Below are positions 26,772 to 36,063 of a stretch of 64,000 nucleotides of DNA, piece after piece (position 1 is the stretch's first letter; each line of letters begins with the position of its first letter). The translations under genes and the position numbers were made by a program. The stretch comes from a virus (lineage: Duplodnaviria > Heunggongvirae > Uroviricota > Caudoviricetes), in IMG/VR virus record IMGVR_UViG_3300023118_000008, positions 28,188 through 92,187 of that record. One strand, written 5' to 3'. The notes below the pieces were generated by a model. The model made no database searches. It saw only the letters and a program-made list of their open reading frames with translations, and was not told where the DNA came from.

Positions 26772-27148
26772 TGGAAAATCAATTTGTAAACTATGGTATA
26801 TCATTAAAGCTAACAGGTTTAGGTTTTGACCAAGATTGCTTAGCCACAATTGACCAAACTGAGTATATTCATATCAAGGGAACAAAAAAGCATCCAAGAG
26901 GTGCCATGATGTATAATACAGTTAATTGTCCTTTGTACCAACAAGCCTTTGACTTTATAAGAGAAAAACACAGTCTTCTTTGTGAAATTTATTTAGATTG
27001 GGGAAGTTTTTATTTCCGTATTTTAAAGTATTCTGAAAAATATAAGATTATTTATGACACAAAAGCAGGGGAAGATTTTGGAGAGTATAAAGAAGCGCGC
27101 GAAAAAGCGCTAGAAAAACTTATAGAAATATGTTCACAAGTAAACTAA
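26771..27148 (+). CDS. hypothetical protein
   Basis: ORF; contains an embedded motif-like GCGCGCGAAAAAGCGC near its 3' end. Confidence 0.45.
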   Translation: MENQFVNYGISLKLTGLGFDQDCLATIDQTEYIHIKGTKKHPRGAMMYNTVNCPLYQQAFDFIREKHSLLCEIYLDWGSFYFRILKYSEKYKIIYDTKAGEDFGEYKEAREKALEKLIEICSQVN

Positions 27149-27450
27149 CAGAAGAATCAAAAACAGTTTTAGAAGTCTGTTTAAAAGCTTACCAAAACCG
27201 CAAAGAAATTTACGTAAACACGGATAACATCTACATAGAAACTCAATCAGGTGGGACAGTTTTGATTTTAGATAACGCCATAGTAGCTTCTTGCGGGGAT
27301 ATATTCTTAAATAAATCTTTAAAATCGGGCGAAATATCAAAGATAAAGAAAGAAATTTTAGACTTGATTCACTTAAAGACTTTGGAAATGGCGCAAAAAG
27401 TTAAGGAAATAGAGCAAAATAAAATCAATCAACTTAAAGACTGCTTATAA
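27130..27450 (+). CDS. hypothetical protein
   Basis: ORF on the coding strand. Confidence 0.45.
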   Translation: MFTSKLTEESKTVLEVCLKAYQNRKEIYVNTDNIYIETQSGGTVLILDNAIVASCGDIFLNKSLKSGEISKIKKEILDLIHLKTLEMAQKVKEIEQNKINQLKDCL

Positions 27451-27989
27451 TGAAAAACTATAAAGAAATTGAATTCGGATTTGGAAACATAGAATCTGCA
27501 ATTAAAGAGTTAAAAAGTCACAAAGAATTAGTATTTGGAGTATTCAACGGCGAAAAACTATATTCTGATATAGACGATGTGGATTCCGCCTATAAAAAGA
27601 TTACGGGAAAAACAAAAGCCGAATGCGAAGAAGCTGAAAGAAAAAGAAGTGAAGATTATAAGGAACAAAAGAGAAAACATACAGAAGCAATTCCTGAACT
27701 AACAGAAGCGTGGATTGGAAAAGGAAAAACTGTCTTAGATGAAAAATTCCTTGATGAATGGACTAAATGCGTACCAATAAGATTATCAGATTTATATCAA
27801 GGAATGGAACTTGGAATGTGCTTGGATATAGTTAAGGAATTAAATGAGGGATGTGCGTTTGAAAAAGCGAAAGAAATCTTAGAAAGTCAAGGTCATTCAG
27901 GAATGTCTTTTGGATTAGTGTGCTCTATGATAAGATCATTTTGTGATAGAGGTGTTGAATTTGTTAATTATGTAAATGAAAAACTTTAA
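27450..27989 (+). CDS. hypothetical protein
   Basis: ORF whose start abuts the preceding stop. Confidence 0.45.
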   Translation: MKNYKEIEFGFGNIESAIKELKSHKELVFGVFNGEKLYSDIDDVDSAYKKITGKTKAECEEAERKRSEDYKEQKRKHTEAIPELTEAWIGKGKTVLDEKFLDEWTKCVPIRLSDLYQGMELGMCLDIVKELNEGCAFEKAKEILESQGHSGMSFGLVCSMIRSFCDRGVEFVNYVNEKL

Positions 27990-28404
27990 TAAACTATTAA
28001 CACTTCTGTTCTTGTTTTTCACTATCTTTGTGCAATCACAAGTTGGGACAGTGATAAAAATAATCGATGCGGATAGTTACTATATAAGGCTAGAGAAGCA
28101 AAAACAGACCTTCAAAGTAAGATTAGCTAGAGTAGACTGTCCTGAATGGAATACAGAACAAGGAAGGATAGCCAAACAGTACGTAACAGAGAAACTTCTT
28201 TATAGAAAAGTAAAAATAACTGCCAGAGGCTATGACAAATACGGTAGATTACTTTTAGATATTTACTTGGATGGCAAATGGTTTCAAGCTGACTTAATTG
28301 ACAAAGGGCTTGCCAGGCATTACAAATACTATGATTCAAACGAGATTTTGGCCGCAAAAGAATTTAAAGCAAAACAACAGAAAATAGGAATATGGGAAAA
28401 TTAG
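27976..28404 (+). CDS. secreted thermonuclease (staphylococcal nuclease / SNase-like)
   Basis: Signal peptide, then VIKIIDADSYYIRL...FKVRLARVDCPEW...YGRLLLDIYLDGKWFQADLIDKGLARHY matching SNase fold motifs (GDT..V, RL.GIDAPE, YGR.LA.V, GLA..Y). Confidence 0.7.
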   Translation: MKNFNKLLTLLFLFFTIFVQSQVGTVIKIIDADSYYIRLEKQKQTFKVRLARVDCPEWNTEQGRIAKQYVTEKLLYRKVKITARGYDKYGRLLLDIYLDGKWFQADLIDKGLARHYKYYDSNEILAAKEFKAKQQKIGIWEN

Positions 28405-28664
28405 ATTTACAAAAAGAATTGAGTTTTGAAGAGGTAGAGCACTTCTTTTCAATGTGTGGAGAATATACAGTAACTAAGAATGATTCTCACGGAACTATAA
28501 AAATTGAATTAAAGAAGACAGATACTGTAGATTATGATTCAAATTTAAAACCAAGTTATACTTATAAGTATACAAGCCTCTTAATCTATCACCCAACTTA
28601 TCAAACTTTAATAAGACAGATTCACACTTTAGGTTGGAATGAAGCTAATGGAATATATGACTAA
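28392..28664 (+). CDS. hypothetical protein
   Basis: ORF on the coding strand. Confidence 0.4.
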   Translation: MGKLDLQKELSFEEVEHFFSMCGEYTVTKNDSHGTIKIELKKTDTVDYDSNLKPSYTYKYTSLLIYHPTYQTLIRQIHTLGWNEANGIYD

Positions 28665-28691
28665 TGAAAGAAAAAACTGAAGAAGAAAATA

Positions 28692-29151
28692 TGAAAACAA
28701 TTAACATATAAAGATGTAACAGTTTGCGAAGAGTGGCATAATTTCCAAAATTTTGCTGAATGGTTCGACGAAAACTACAATCTTGGAACAATGGTAGGAT
28801 GGGCTTTGGATAAAGACATCTTAGTTAAGGGTAATAAAATCTACTCACCCGAAACCTGTTGCTTCGTACCTCAAGAAATTAATAACTTATTCACTAAAAG
28901 AAAAAGTTGCAGAGGAACTCTACCCATTGGAGTTAAGTATATTAAAGAAAATAAGAAGTTTTCAGCAAGTTTTAGTAGAAATAAAAAAAACTACTCATCT
29001 TGGGTATTATGACACGCCAGAACTCGCTTTCAAAGCATACAAAACAGCTAAGGAAGATTGGATAAAAGAAGTCGCAGACAAATGGAAACATTTAATAACT
29101 CCCGAAGTTTACAAAGCCCTCTACAACTATAAAGTAGAAATAACAGATTAA
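28692..29151 (+). pseudogene. HNH-AP2-type homing endonuclease gene disrupted by frameshifts (one inside an A8 run near 28982-28990)
   Basis: The AP2-like DNA-binding motif is split across two frames (LPIGVKYIKENKKFSASFSRNKKN and, in another frame, HLGYYDTPELAFKAYKTA). The upstream HNH-like segment has no in-frame start. Confidence 0.55.
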
Positions 29152-29160
29152 ATTAGAAAT

Positions 29161-30099
29161 ATGGAACAATCAAAATACATTTACTTTTCGTTTCAAAGCA
29201 GTCAAGACTTTGAACCAACCTCTAAAGACTTAATCTCTTTTCAGAGAAAATATAAAAAAGATTTCACGAGTAGGGAGTTATTTGAAAATGAAGAATTATT
29301 AGACCAATACAGACTTCGTGGATGGAAATCACCTCGATACTCAAAAATTGTATCAATTATATTGGCTTTTGAACATGAACAAGAATTGAAAGTAAGGTTC
29401 ATAACAGGTTTAGAAATTGATTTATTTACAGAATTAAATAATGTTCTTAGAAAGAGTCAAGATTACACGCTCGTTGATTTTGAAAGTCAAATTGTGTTAC
29501 CCTATCTTGGCATAAGAATGTTGCGAAGTGGTTTTATTACTCCTGCCCATAATGGCCTAAAATATAGAAATAGTAGGCCATGGGACTTGAAAGCACTTGA
29601 TTTACAGCAATATTACGATGGTGCAGGGAATTATAAATCTTCAATAAAAGACATTGCTGACGATTTAGGTTTAAATTCTAACCTAATAATAGAAATCGAA
29701 GATGAATTTACTTATTACAATACAGGAGATTTTGAAGCTTTGAAAAAATCTGCCATTCAAAAAGTAGAAGTAATGTCTCAGGCACATAGAATATTAACTG
29801 AATTACCGCCTTTACAAACAGTTTTAATCGAAGAAAAGGTTGAAGATGTACAGGAAGAAAAGTTTGAAGTAAACCTCCTGAAAGAACTTCACGAAGCCAA
29901 TACAATAACGCCCACCTTAAAAGCTAAAATCAAAAAACTGTGTATTGGAAAAAGACTGACAAAAAAAGACAAGGAAAATTTATTTGTAATTTTGAGGGGG
30001 ATTTTAGTACATTGTGATTTTGAACATAATGACCAAGATTCTAAGAAAGTAATTTTAGATAAAGAAGAACAAATTCGTAAATTAATAGAAGAAATATAA
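29161..30099 (+). CDS. hypothetical protein
   Basis: 312-aa ORF. Confidence 0.5.
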   Translation: MEQSKYIYFSFQSSQDFEPTSKDLISFQRKYKKDFTSRELFENEELLDQYRLRGWKSPRYSKIVSIILAFEHEQELKVRFITGLEIDLFTELNNVLRKSQDYTLVDFESQIVLPYLGIRMLRSGFITPAHNGLKYRNSRPWDLKALDLQQYYDGAGNYKSSIKDIADDLGLNSNLIIEIEDEFTYYNTGDFEALKKSAIQKVEVMSQAHRILTELPPLQTVLIEEKVEDVQEEKFEVNLLKELHEANTITPTLKAKIKKLCIGKRLTKKDKENLFVILRGILVHCDFEHNDQDSKKVILDKEEQIRKLIEEI

Positions 30100-30818
30100 T
30101 GGCTAAATTACAATTACCCTCAATACTCACAGAAGAAACTTGGTTTTACAAAGACAGACCACAAGACCAAGCAAGACTTAAGCCTTTTTTAAATAAGCCT
30201 TATATTTCATACAGTTCCGTAGACAGCTACTTCAATTATCCTGAGGATTTTATTAAACAGAAATTTGCCAAGATTAAACTTCCCGATGGAATTTACGGAA
30301 TCTTTGGAACGTATTGCGGTACAGCCTTAGAAGAAGGGGTTTTTCCTGAGAATCCTCACAATTTTTATGGGCAGGAAAATATGAATCTTGAAGAACTAAG
30401 AGGCGAAAACTCCGAATTTGAAAGAATGATTATTATTGACAGGGGGGAGTATTTTATCATAGGATTTATTGATAGGCTTGCACCAACTGAAAATGGAGTT
30501 CATGTCAGGGATCAGAAAACTGGTGGAAAAGATAAAGAAGCTAAATACAAAAGTTCTGATTATATACAAGTAACCCTTTACAGCCATGCCCTTGAATTAG
30601 AGGGATTAAATGTAACAGATACAGACGTGTGGTTCATAAGAAGAGTTGGAAGTCACGTAAATCCTCCCTTAGGTATTAGTAAGGAACAGTTTTCTATCCC
30701 TATTGAATACAACAAAGAAACAGTTAAATACGCTCTAGATAAAGTTGACAAGGCAGTAAAAGAGATTTCAGACCTATACCAAACTTATGTTAAAGTATTT
30801 GGTAGTAAAAACAAATAA
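30099..30818 (+). CDS. PD-(D/E)XK nuclease (Cas4/RecB-like exonuclease family)
   Basis: GFIDRLAPTENGVHVRDQKTGGK (D...E.K with the DYKTG-like motif) and YIQVTLY (QxxxY-like). Confidence 0.6.
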   Translation: MAKLQLPSILTEETWFYKDRPQDQARLKPFLNKPYISYSSVDSYFNYPEDFIKQKFAKIKLPDGIYGIFGTYCGTALEEGVFPENPHNFYGQENMNLEELRGENSEFERMIIIDRGEYFIIGFIDRLAPTENGVHVRDQKTGGKDKEAKYKSSDYIQVTLYSHALELEGLNVTDTDVWFIRRVGSHVNPPLGISKEQFSIPIEYNKETVKYALDKVDKAVKEISDLYQTYVKVFGSKNK

Positions 30819-30835
30819 ACTATATTTGCGAGGTA

Positions 30836-30929
30836 AAACATAAAAGGCGGTTCCAATCTTACCATGAGGTATTGTAGAGGAGAGCGTAAGGTCTAGGATA
30901 ATGACTTAGAGTACCTTTTATGTTTTTCG
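30836..30929 (+). promoter_or_regulatory. Long hairpin: perfect 13-bp inverted repeat AAAACATAAAAGG ... CCTTTTATGTTTT enclosing 68 nt, in the leader of the T9SS-CTD protein gene
   Basis: Inverted repeats at 30836-30848 and 30917-30929. Confidence 0.45.
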
Positions 30930-30940
30930 CGGAAAATTAA
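30913..30940 (+). promoter_or_regulatory. Variant-B motif (tttttCGCGGaaaattaataacaaaatc) followed by an A12 run
   Basis: Motif family. Confidence 0.4.
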
Positions 30941-30961
30941 TAACAAAATCAAAAAAAAAAA

Positions 30962-31480
30962 ATGAAAAAACTATTATTTTTAGCTTTATTAGCTACAGCA
31001 CTAGGAAATGCACAGACTGTTTTAGACTTATCAGGAATGACCTCCAATAGAATTCTAGGAAGTTCTTGTGGGGGAGAATTAGAACGTTTCAAAACCACAG
31101 GAGACTTGAATCTTAATGGATTTACTTTAACCCTACAGAATGCGACTTTAGAAGTCATAGGGAATGTAAACGGTTCTGGCTCAATCTTTTATTGCGGAAA
31201 TTCTGTATTATGCTCAAGACAATCTACTCAGAATAATCCACAGATTCAAGCAGGATTAAGTAGAAACTGTCAGAGTTTAGGTATCAGAGAGTTTAAGAAG
31301 ATTAGGTATGAGTACAGAAACTATCTATTAACTGTTCCTGACGCTAAAAGTATTCAAATTTATGACCTAAAAGGAAGGCTGGTCAAATCTTTTTTAGGCA
31401 CGGAAATAAACTTGGAAGACTTAAAAACAGCAGTTTATTTGATTAAAACTGATTTAGGAACTATTAAGCTATTGAGATAA
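30962..31480 (+). CDS. secreted protein with T9SS (Por) C-terminal sorting domain
   Basis: N-terminal signal peptide. C-terminal SIQIYDLKGRLVKSF...LKTAVYLIKTDLGTIKLLR matches the Por_Secre_tail pattern. Confidence 0.6.
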   Translation: MKKLLFLALLATALGNAQTVLDLSGMTSNRILGSSCGGELERFKTTGDLNLNGFTLTLQNATLEVIGNVNGSGSIFYCGNSVLCSRQSTQNNPQIQAGLSRNCQSLGIREFKKIRYEYRNYLLTVPDAKSIQIYDLKGRLVKSFLGTEINLEDLKTAVYLIKTDLGTIKLLR

Positions 31481-31531
31481 GAGTAAGTCGAAAATCTTTA
31501 AAAGAGTAGACATAAAAAGAAAACAACAAAA

Positions 31532-32503
31532 ATGTTAACATCAGTACTATTATTGGTATTCGGAATTGTATTTGGACTGTTTTACGCAGCCAAGAAATTT
31601 AAAGTAGTTATGCAAGTACCTGATGCAAGATATGCAACTGGTAGTGGGAAAACAATTACACAGATTAATTACAAGCCCATTGTAGTGGCAGTATTAGGAT
31701 TACTATTAATTCTTTTTCAACCTTTTTCGGTTAAGAAAATTGAAGCAGGATATCAAGGTCTTTTGGTAAATCTTATTGGTGATTCCAGAGGTGCGTCATC
31801 CATTCAAGAGGTTTCAGGATGGAAACTGTTCAATACTTGGACTGAGGAGATTTATCAAATTCCTTTAGACCAAAGAAGTATCAGATACGGAGAGCAACCA
31901 TCAGTAGCCAAAGGAGGATTTGCACTCAAAATATTTCCATCTTTTAACTACTCTGTTAAGCCAGGAACTACAGCAGATATGTTTACCAATCTTAGAACAG
32001 CCTTTAGAAGCGGTAATGGCTTAGAGACTATTGAACAAGGTTGGCTTGAGATTGGAATTTTAGGAGCTGTAAATGATGTAACAAACTCTTGGAAAGTGGA
32101 GGATATCTTCAATAAGAAGACAGAATTTGAAGTTGCAATTCAAGTGGAGGCTAATAAAAGGGTAGGTAAATGGTTTAAAATCTCACAGTTGAGAACAAAC
32201 ATGCCTCCTCCGCCATCAATTGCTAAATCTATTGCTGATAAAGCCGCTGCTGAATATGATGCCCAGAAATGGATTGCAAAAGCTACTGCCGCAGACGCAG
32301 AGAAGCAACAAAAGATTGCAGTTGCTAGAGGAGACTCAGCAAGCGTAGTTATTGCAGCGTCCTCACAAGCAAAAGCAATGAGGTTGAAACAGCAAGAACT
32401 TACACCGCTTTATGTTGAGTATGTTAAGGCACAAGCTTGGAACGGACAACTTCCTACTACAACACTAGGCAATAGTTCAAACACTCTTTTAAGTATCAAA
32501 TAG
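31532..32503 (+). CDS. SPFH/band-7 (stomatin/prohibitin-like) membrane protein
   Basis: N-terminal TM, an SPFH-like core (IEAGYQGLLVNLIGD...), and an Ala/Gln/Lys-rich C-terminal helix typical of band-7 proteins. Confidence 0.55.
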   Translation: MLTSVLLLVFGIVFGLFYAAKKFKVVMQVPDARYATGSGKTITQINYKPIVVAVLGLLLILFQPFSVKKIEAGYQGLLVNLIGDSRGASSIQEVSGWKLFNTWTEEIYQIPLDQRSIRYGEQPSVAKGGFALKIFPSFNYSVKPGTTADMFTNLRTAFRSGNGLETIEQGWLEIGILGAVNDVTNSWKVEDIFNKKTEFEVAIQVEANKRVGKWFKISQLRTNMPPPPSIAKSIADKAAAEYDAQKWIAKATAADAEKQQKIAVARGDSASVVIAASSQAKAMRLKQQELTPLYVEYVKAQAWNGQLPTTTLGNSSNTLLSIK

Positions 32504-32535
32504 ATTTTTAGTTGGGCGATAACTTTAAGCGCAAA

Positions 32536-32606
32536 AGTCTTGTAGTTCAATGGTAGAATGATCCTGATTAGGGGAGGGAATCCTAGTTCGAGTCTGGGCG
32601 AGACGC
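32536..32606 (+). tRNA. tRNA candidate with canonical D-arm (TA-GTTC-AATGGTA-GAAT) and T-arm (CCTAG-TTCGAGT-CTGGG); anticodon arm pairs poorly (possibly Leu-TAG or Ile-GAT)
   Basis: Manual fold: acceptor AGTCTTG/CGAGACG pairs 6 of 7. Confidence 0.5.
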
Positions 32607-32625
32607 TAACAATCAAAAAAGATAT

Positions 32626-32964
32626 ATGAAAGAAAAATTAATCAGACTAGGCTTTGAAAAGTGGTTGGGAGAACAAGAATTAGCTCATTATCTTGTAATG
32701 TTTTGGGATACTCCTAAATTTATACAGTTGGCTTATGTTCAAAAGTTTCTAAGAGAGGAAAAGAAAGTTGATATTTACATACTTGGCTATGGTTTCGGCT
32801 ATTACGCTCAATTAAATAATGTACCTCCTGCAAATCAAGGTGAGGTCAAATATGTTGACAGAAGATGGAACATGCCTCCAAAAGGAGAAAATTCTGGGAA
32901 TCTTAGAACTTATGAAGAAGCCTTAGAAGTAGGAATATTAAAAGCAATAGAAGATGACAAATAA
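32626..32964 (+). CDS. hypothetical protein
   Basis: ORF on the coding strand. Confidence 0.45.
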   Translation: MKEKLIRLGFEKWLGEQELAHYLVMFWDTPKFIQLAYVQKFLREEKKVDIYILGYGFGYYAQLNNVPPANQGEVKYVDRRWNMPPKGENSGNLRTYEEALEVGILKAIEDDK

Positions 32965-33099
32965 AAAGTGGACGTATAAAAAACTAGAAATAACACCAAT
33001 AGAATTTAATAAACTTTTAGAACTAGGAGAAGACGGTTGGGAAGTTATTGGATTTATTAAAGACTCAGGAGTTGAGACATACCTTTTAAAGAAAGAAAT

Positions 33100-33330
33100 A
33101 TGGTAAAGAAGAAAAAATACTCGATAGTACAGCAAGCAGATAGTTTTTTGATACATATCAACACTTATTATTTCGGTATTCATTTAGTATCAGAAGTTTT
33201 AAGTGGCGGGTTAACAGGAGAGTTTGAAGTCTTTGGCTGTTTTGAATCGGCTAAAGAAAGGATTGAAGAGATTTTGGGGCAGAAAAAGATAACAAAAAAG
33301 AAACTTAAATTATTCAAAAGATGGAAATAG
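33100..33330 (+). CDS. hypothetical protein
   Basis: Small ORF on the coding strand. Confidence 0.35.
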   Translation: MVKKKKYSIVQQADSFLIHINTYYFGIHLVSEVLSGGLTGEFEVFGCFESAKERIEEILGQKKITKKKLKLFKRWK

Positions 33331-33544
33331 TGGCGGAGGAAATAAAATTAGGATTGTTAAAAAACTATGAGAGCAAGATTAATTTCTTGCTTTTTTAATT
33401 TAACTAAGTCTTAACTTTAATATCAGATAAACATCAGTATATTTGTAGAAACAAAATAAGAATTAAAAATGGGAACACCAGAAATATATAAAGAAGTAAA
33501 AAAGGATGGCCTAAAAACTTCTTTTTGGAGGTATAAAGACATTT

Positions 33545-34021
33545 TTGGATTTTGGAGTTATTATAAAACAACCGCCTACTATTGGAACAATTCACCACTT
33601 AAAAACATGTAATTTGAAAACCGTACAACCATCACAATTCAACAATAGAATATTCCTAAGAGAAAGACTAACCACAGGATTAAAGATAAAATCCTCAACA
33701 GGAAATAAATACACAATAGAAGGCATAGATCTAAAAGAATCCACAGAAGATTCTTACTGCTATGTGATTCAAGAAGTATGGAACTACAGAGAACTTTTCA
33801 AAGACGTGGAGTATGAAATCGTGGGGTATGCGCCCGAAAAAGAAATTGAAATAAAAGAAACAGTTCGGACATCAGAAGAAAAAGTAGACTTATACCTGGA
33901 AAACCTAAAAGAAGACAGAAAACTTGAAAGGCAATATAGAGACTTTCTTAGGTCTAAAGAATTCAATCCAAAAGTTTATTCAGGATTTTGGGCTAGAGAT
34001 AGAGGAGTGTTTAAAATCTAA
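33545..34021 (+). CDS. hypothetical protein
   Basis: ORF on the coding strand. Confidence 0.45.
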   Translation: MDFGVIIKQPPTIGTIHHLKTCNLKTVQPSQFNNRIFLRERLTTGLKIKSSTGNKYTIEGIDLKESTEDSYCYVIQEVWNYRELFKDVEYEIVGYAPEKEIEIKETVRTSEEKVDLYLENLKEDRKLERQYRDFLRSKEFNPKVYSGFWARDRGVFKI

Positions 34022-34033
34022 AAAATAATAGTT

Positions 34034-34291
34034 ATGAGTAAGCAATTATCAAAAAAAGAAGTTTACAAAAAGTTGGAATTTTACAGTAAAGAAATCACAC
34101 ATAAAAAACCGACATGGGACACTGTGTTTAGGATTTATTATGATTCACTAAAGGTTGTTTCTGAAATTCTTTATCATGTTTCGGAAAATCCGTGGCATCC
34201 CGAAAATGATTATTCACAAGATATTTTTGAATGTATAAATGAACGTCTAGAAAAATTAGAGGAACTTAGAATCAAATCAGCAACAGAATAA
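34034..34291 (+). CDS. hypothetical protein
   Basis: ORF on the coding strand. Confidence 0.4.
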   Translation: MSKQLSKKEVYKKLEFYSKEITHKKPTWDTVFRIYYDSLKVVSEILYHVSENPWHPENDYSQDIFECINERLEKLEELRIKSATE

Positions 34292-34308
34292 CTAACAAAT
34301 AATTAATT

Positions 34309-34539
34309 ATGAAATTCGAAGATAAAATTAAATTAGTTTTTAAAAATTCAGAAGGAGAAAAAGTTGATTTAGAAATAACAGTAAAAGAAATGTTAGAAAG
34401 AAATTTGGATGATTTTTATGAAGATTTAGAAAGCGGAGAAAGTTGCAATTCATCGTCTTGCAATAATGAAAGTCAAAATTTTTGTGATTGCGGAGGGGTA
34501 TATGAAGATTATGAATTTTTTGAAATAATTAAACTATGA
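34309..34539 (+). CDS. hypothetical protein with Cys-rich C-terminus
   Basis: CNSSSCNNESQNFCDCGG pattern. Confidence 0.4.
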   Translation: MKFEDKIKLVFKNSEGEKVDLEITVKEMLERNLDDFYEDLESGESCNSSSCNNESQNFCDCGGVYEDYEFFEIIKL

Positions 34540-35042
34540 AAACCCTAACCCCAACAAATCTTATTGCGGTGGAAGTGCCGAAAGATGCGAAAATAGGAAT
34601 TGATAGAACAGAACCTAAATTTTTAAAATTTACATCAGAATCAGAAGACATTAGATACGATGGAGAACATCAGATGTTTTACGAACACGTAGGATGTGAT
34701 TTCGAAATAATTGGCGAAGTTACAGATACTGAATTTTCGTTTGATATTGAGCCTTATTTAGAAACTTATAAAGTTAAGTATCACGAATATACTCCAAGAT
34801 ACGTGGAATGGTTTGAAGATGCGTTTAAAATGTATGACGATGAAGCGTATACATTCGATTCAGATAAAGCATTCCGAAGCCTATTGCAGGCTAATGAACT
34901 TTATTTCAAAAATCCGATGAAAGAGCCAATGATGCACCAGTTATTAGGAGAATCAGAAAATCCTAACTCAGAAGAAAAAGAATGGCAATCCTACGAATCA
35001 AAACTAATCAAAGGAAAATTAATAATACTAAAAAGAATTTAG
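34536..35042 (+). CDS. hypothetical protein
   Basis: ORF overlapping the preceding stop by 4 bp. Confidence 0.45.
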   Translation: MKTLTPTNLIAVEVPKDAKIGIDRTEPKFLKFTSESEDIRYDGEHQMFYEHVGCDFEIIGEVTDTEFSFDIEPYLETYKVKYHEYTPRYVEWFEDAFKMYDDEAYTFDSDKAFRSLLQANELYFKNPMKEPMMHQLLGESENPNSEEKEWQSYESKLIKGKLIILKRI

Positions 35043-35043
35043 C

Positions 35044-35340
35044 ATGGCGCAATTTAGAAAAAAGTCAGTTGTTGTAGAAGCTGTTCAGTGGAATGGAAAT
35101 AGTAATAAAAAAACTATCGAAAATTTTTTAGGAAAAGAATTAAAATCAGAATTAGAAAGTGAAACAGCTTACGTAGCTGGAAAAGGTGCGCCAATCTTTA
35201 GTTTGTTTATTGAAACGAAAGAAGGAAGGATGAAAGCATTTAAAGGCGATTGGATAATTAAAGAGCCTTTTCCAACTGGTGACAGAGATTTTTATCCTTG
35301 CAAGCCAGATATTTTTGAAAAAACCTACGAGAAAGTTTAA
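35044..35340 (+). CDS. hypothetical protein
   Basis: ORF on the coding strand. Confidence 0.45.
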   Translation: MAQFRKKSVVVEAVQWNGNSNKKTIENFLGKELKSELESETAYVAGKGAPIFSLFIETKEGRMKAFKGDWIIKEPFPTGDRDFYPCKPDIFEKTYEKV

Positions 35341-35376
35341 TCAAAGGAAAACTAATAATTTTAAAACAAAAGTAAA

Positions 35377-35565
35377 ATGGAAAATTTAAAGCAAATGTTA
35401 ATTGAGTTGATGGCTGATTTTTTAGACAATGAAGATACAATTTACGAACTTCAAAAAAACGGATTAGTTGATCCTGAGGAAGATAAATCAAAATCAGAAA
35501 TTCATATTAAAATGGCGGAAAAAGCTTTTTACGAACTGAAAGATAAAATGCTAAAAATTAATTAA
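35377..35565 (+). CDS. hypothetical protein
   Basis: Small ORF on the coding strand. Confidence 0.35.
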   Translation: MENLKQMLIELMADFLDNEDTIYELQKNGLVDPEEDKSKSEIHIKMAEKAFYELKDKMLKIN

Positions 35566-35787
35566 AAATGGAATCAATCACACTTAAAGAAATAGCGGGG
35601 TATTTAGCACACGACTTAAAATGCGATATAGGTTATATGCAAAACACTGTTACGTTAGAAGATGAAATGGACGGAAAAAGTAAACCTAAAACTTTGAATT
35701 AAGAAACAAAATTAACAAATACAAATCGAACATTGGTTAAGCACTAAACCGCAATAGAGCAAAACCGATGTTATAAACAGTTAAATT

Positions 35788-36063
35788 ATGACACAAGAAG
35801 AATTAAAAACCCGATTAAAAAAGACAAGGGTATATAAGTTAACTAAAAAGGAGCTGATGAAATTACCTGACGGTTATCAGGATGAATGTCAACAAGAGCT
35901 AAATAAAATTTCAGGTTATTCTGATAAAAAGCTTGTTCAAGAATACCATAATCAGTGTTACTATTTTGCAACTAGCCTGAGCGGCACACTGTACCCTCAT
36001 ATTGTGAGTGAATATTTGAAAAAGGAAATTAAAAAAAGAGGTATAGAATTAGATGGAAAATAA
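35788..36063 (+). CDS. hypothetical protein
   Basis: ORF on the coding strand. Confidence 0.4.
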   Translation: MTQEELKTRLKKTRVYKLTKKELMKLPDGYQDECQQELNKISGYSDKKLVQEYHNQCYYFATSLSGTLYPHIVSEYLKKEIKKRGIELDGK

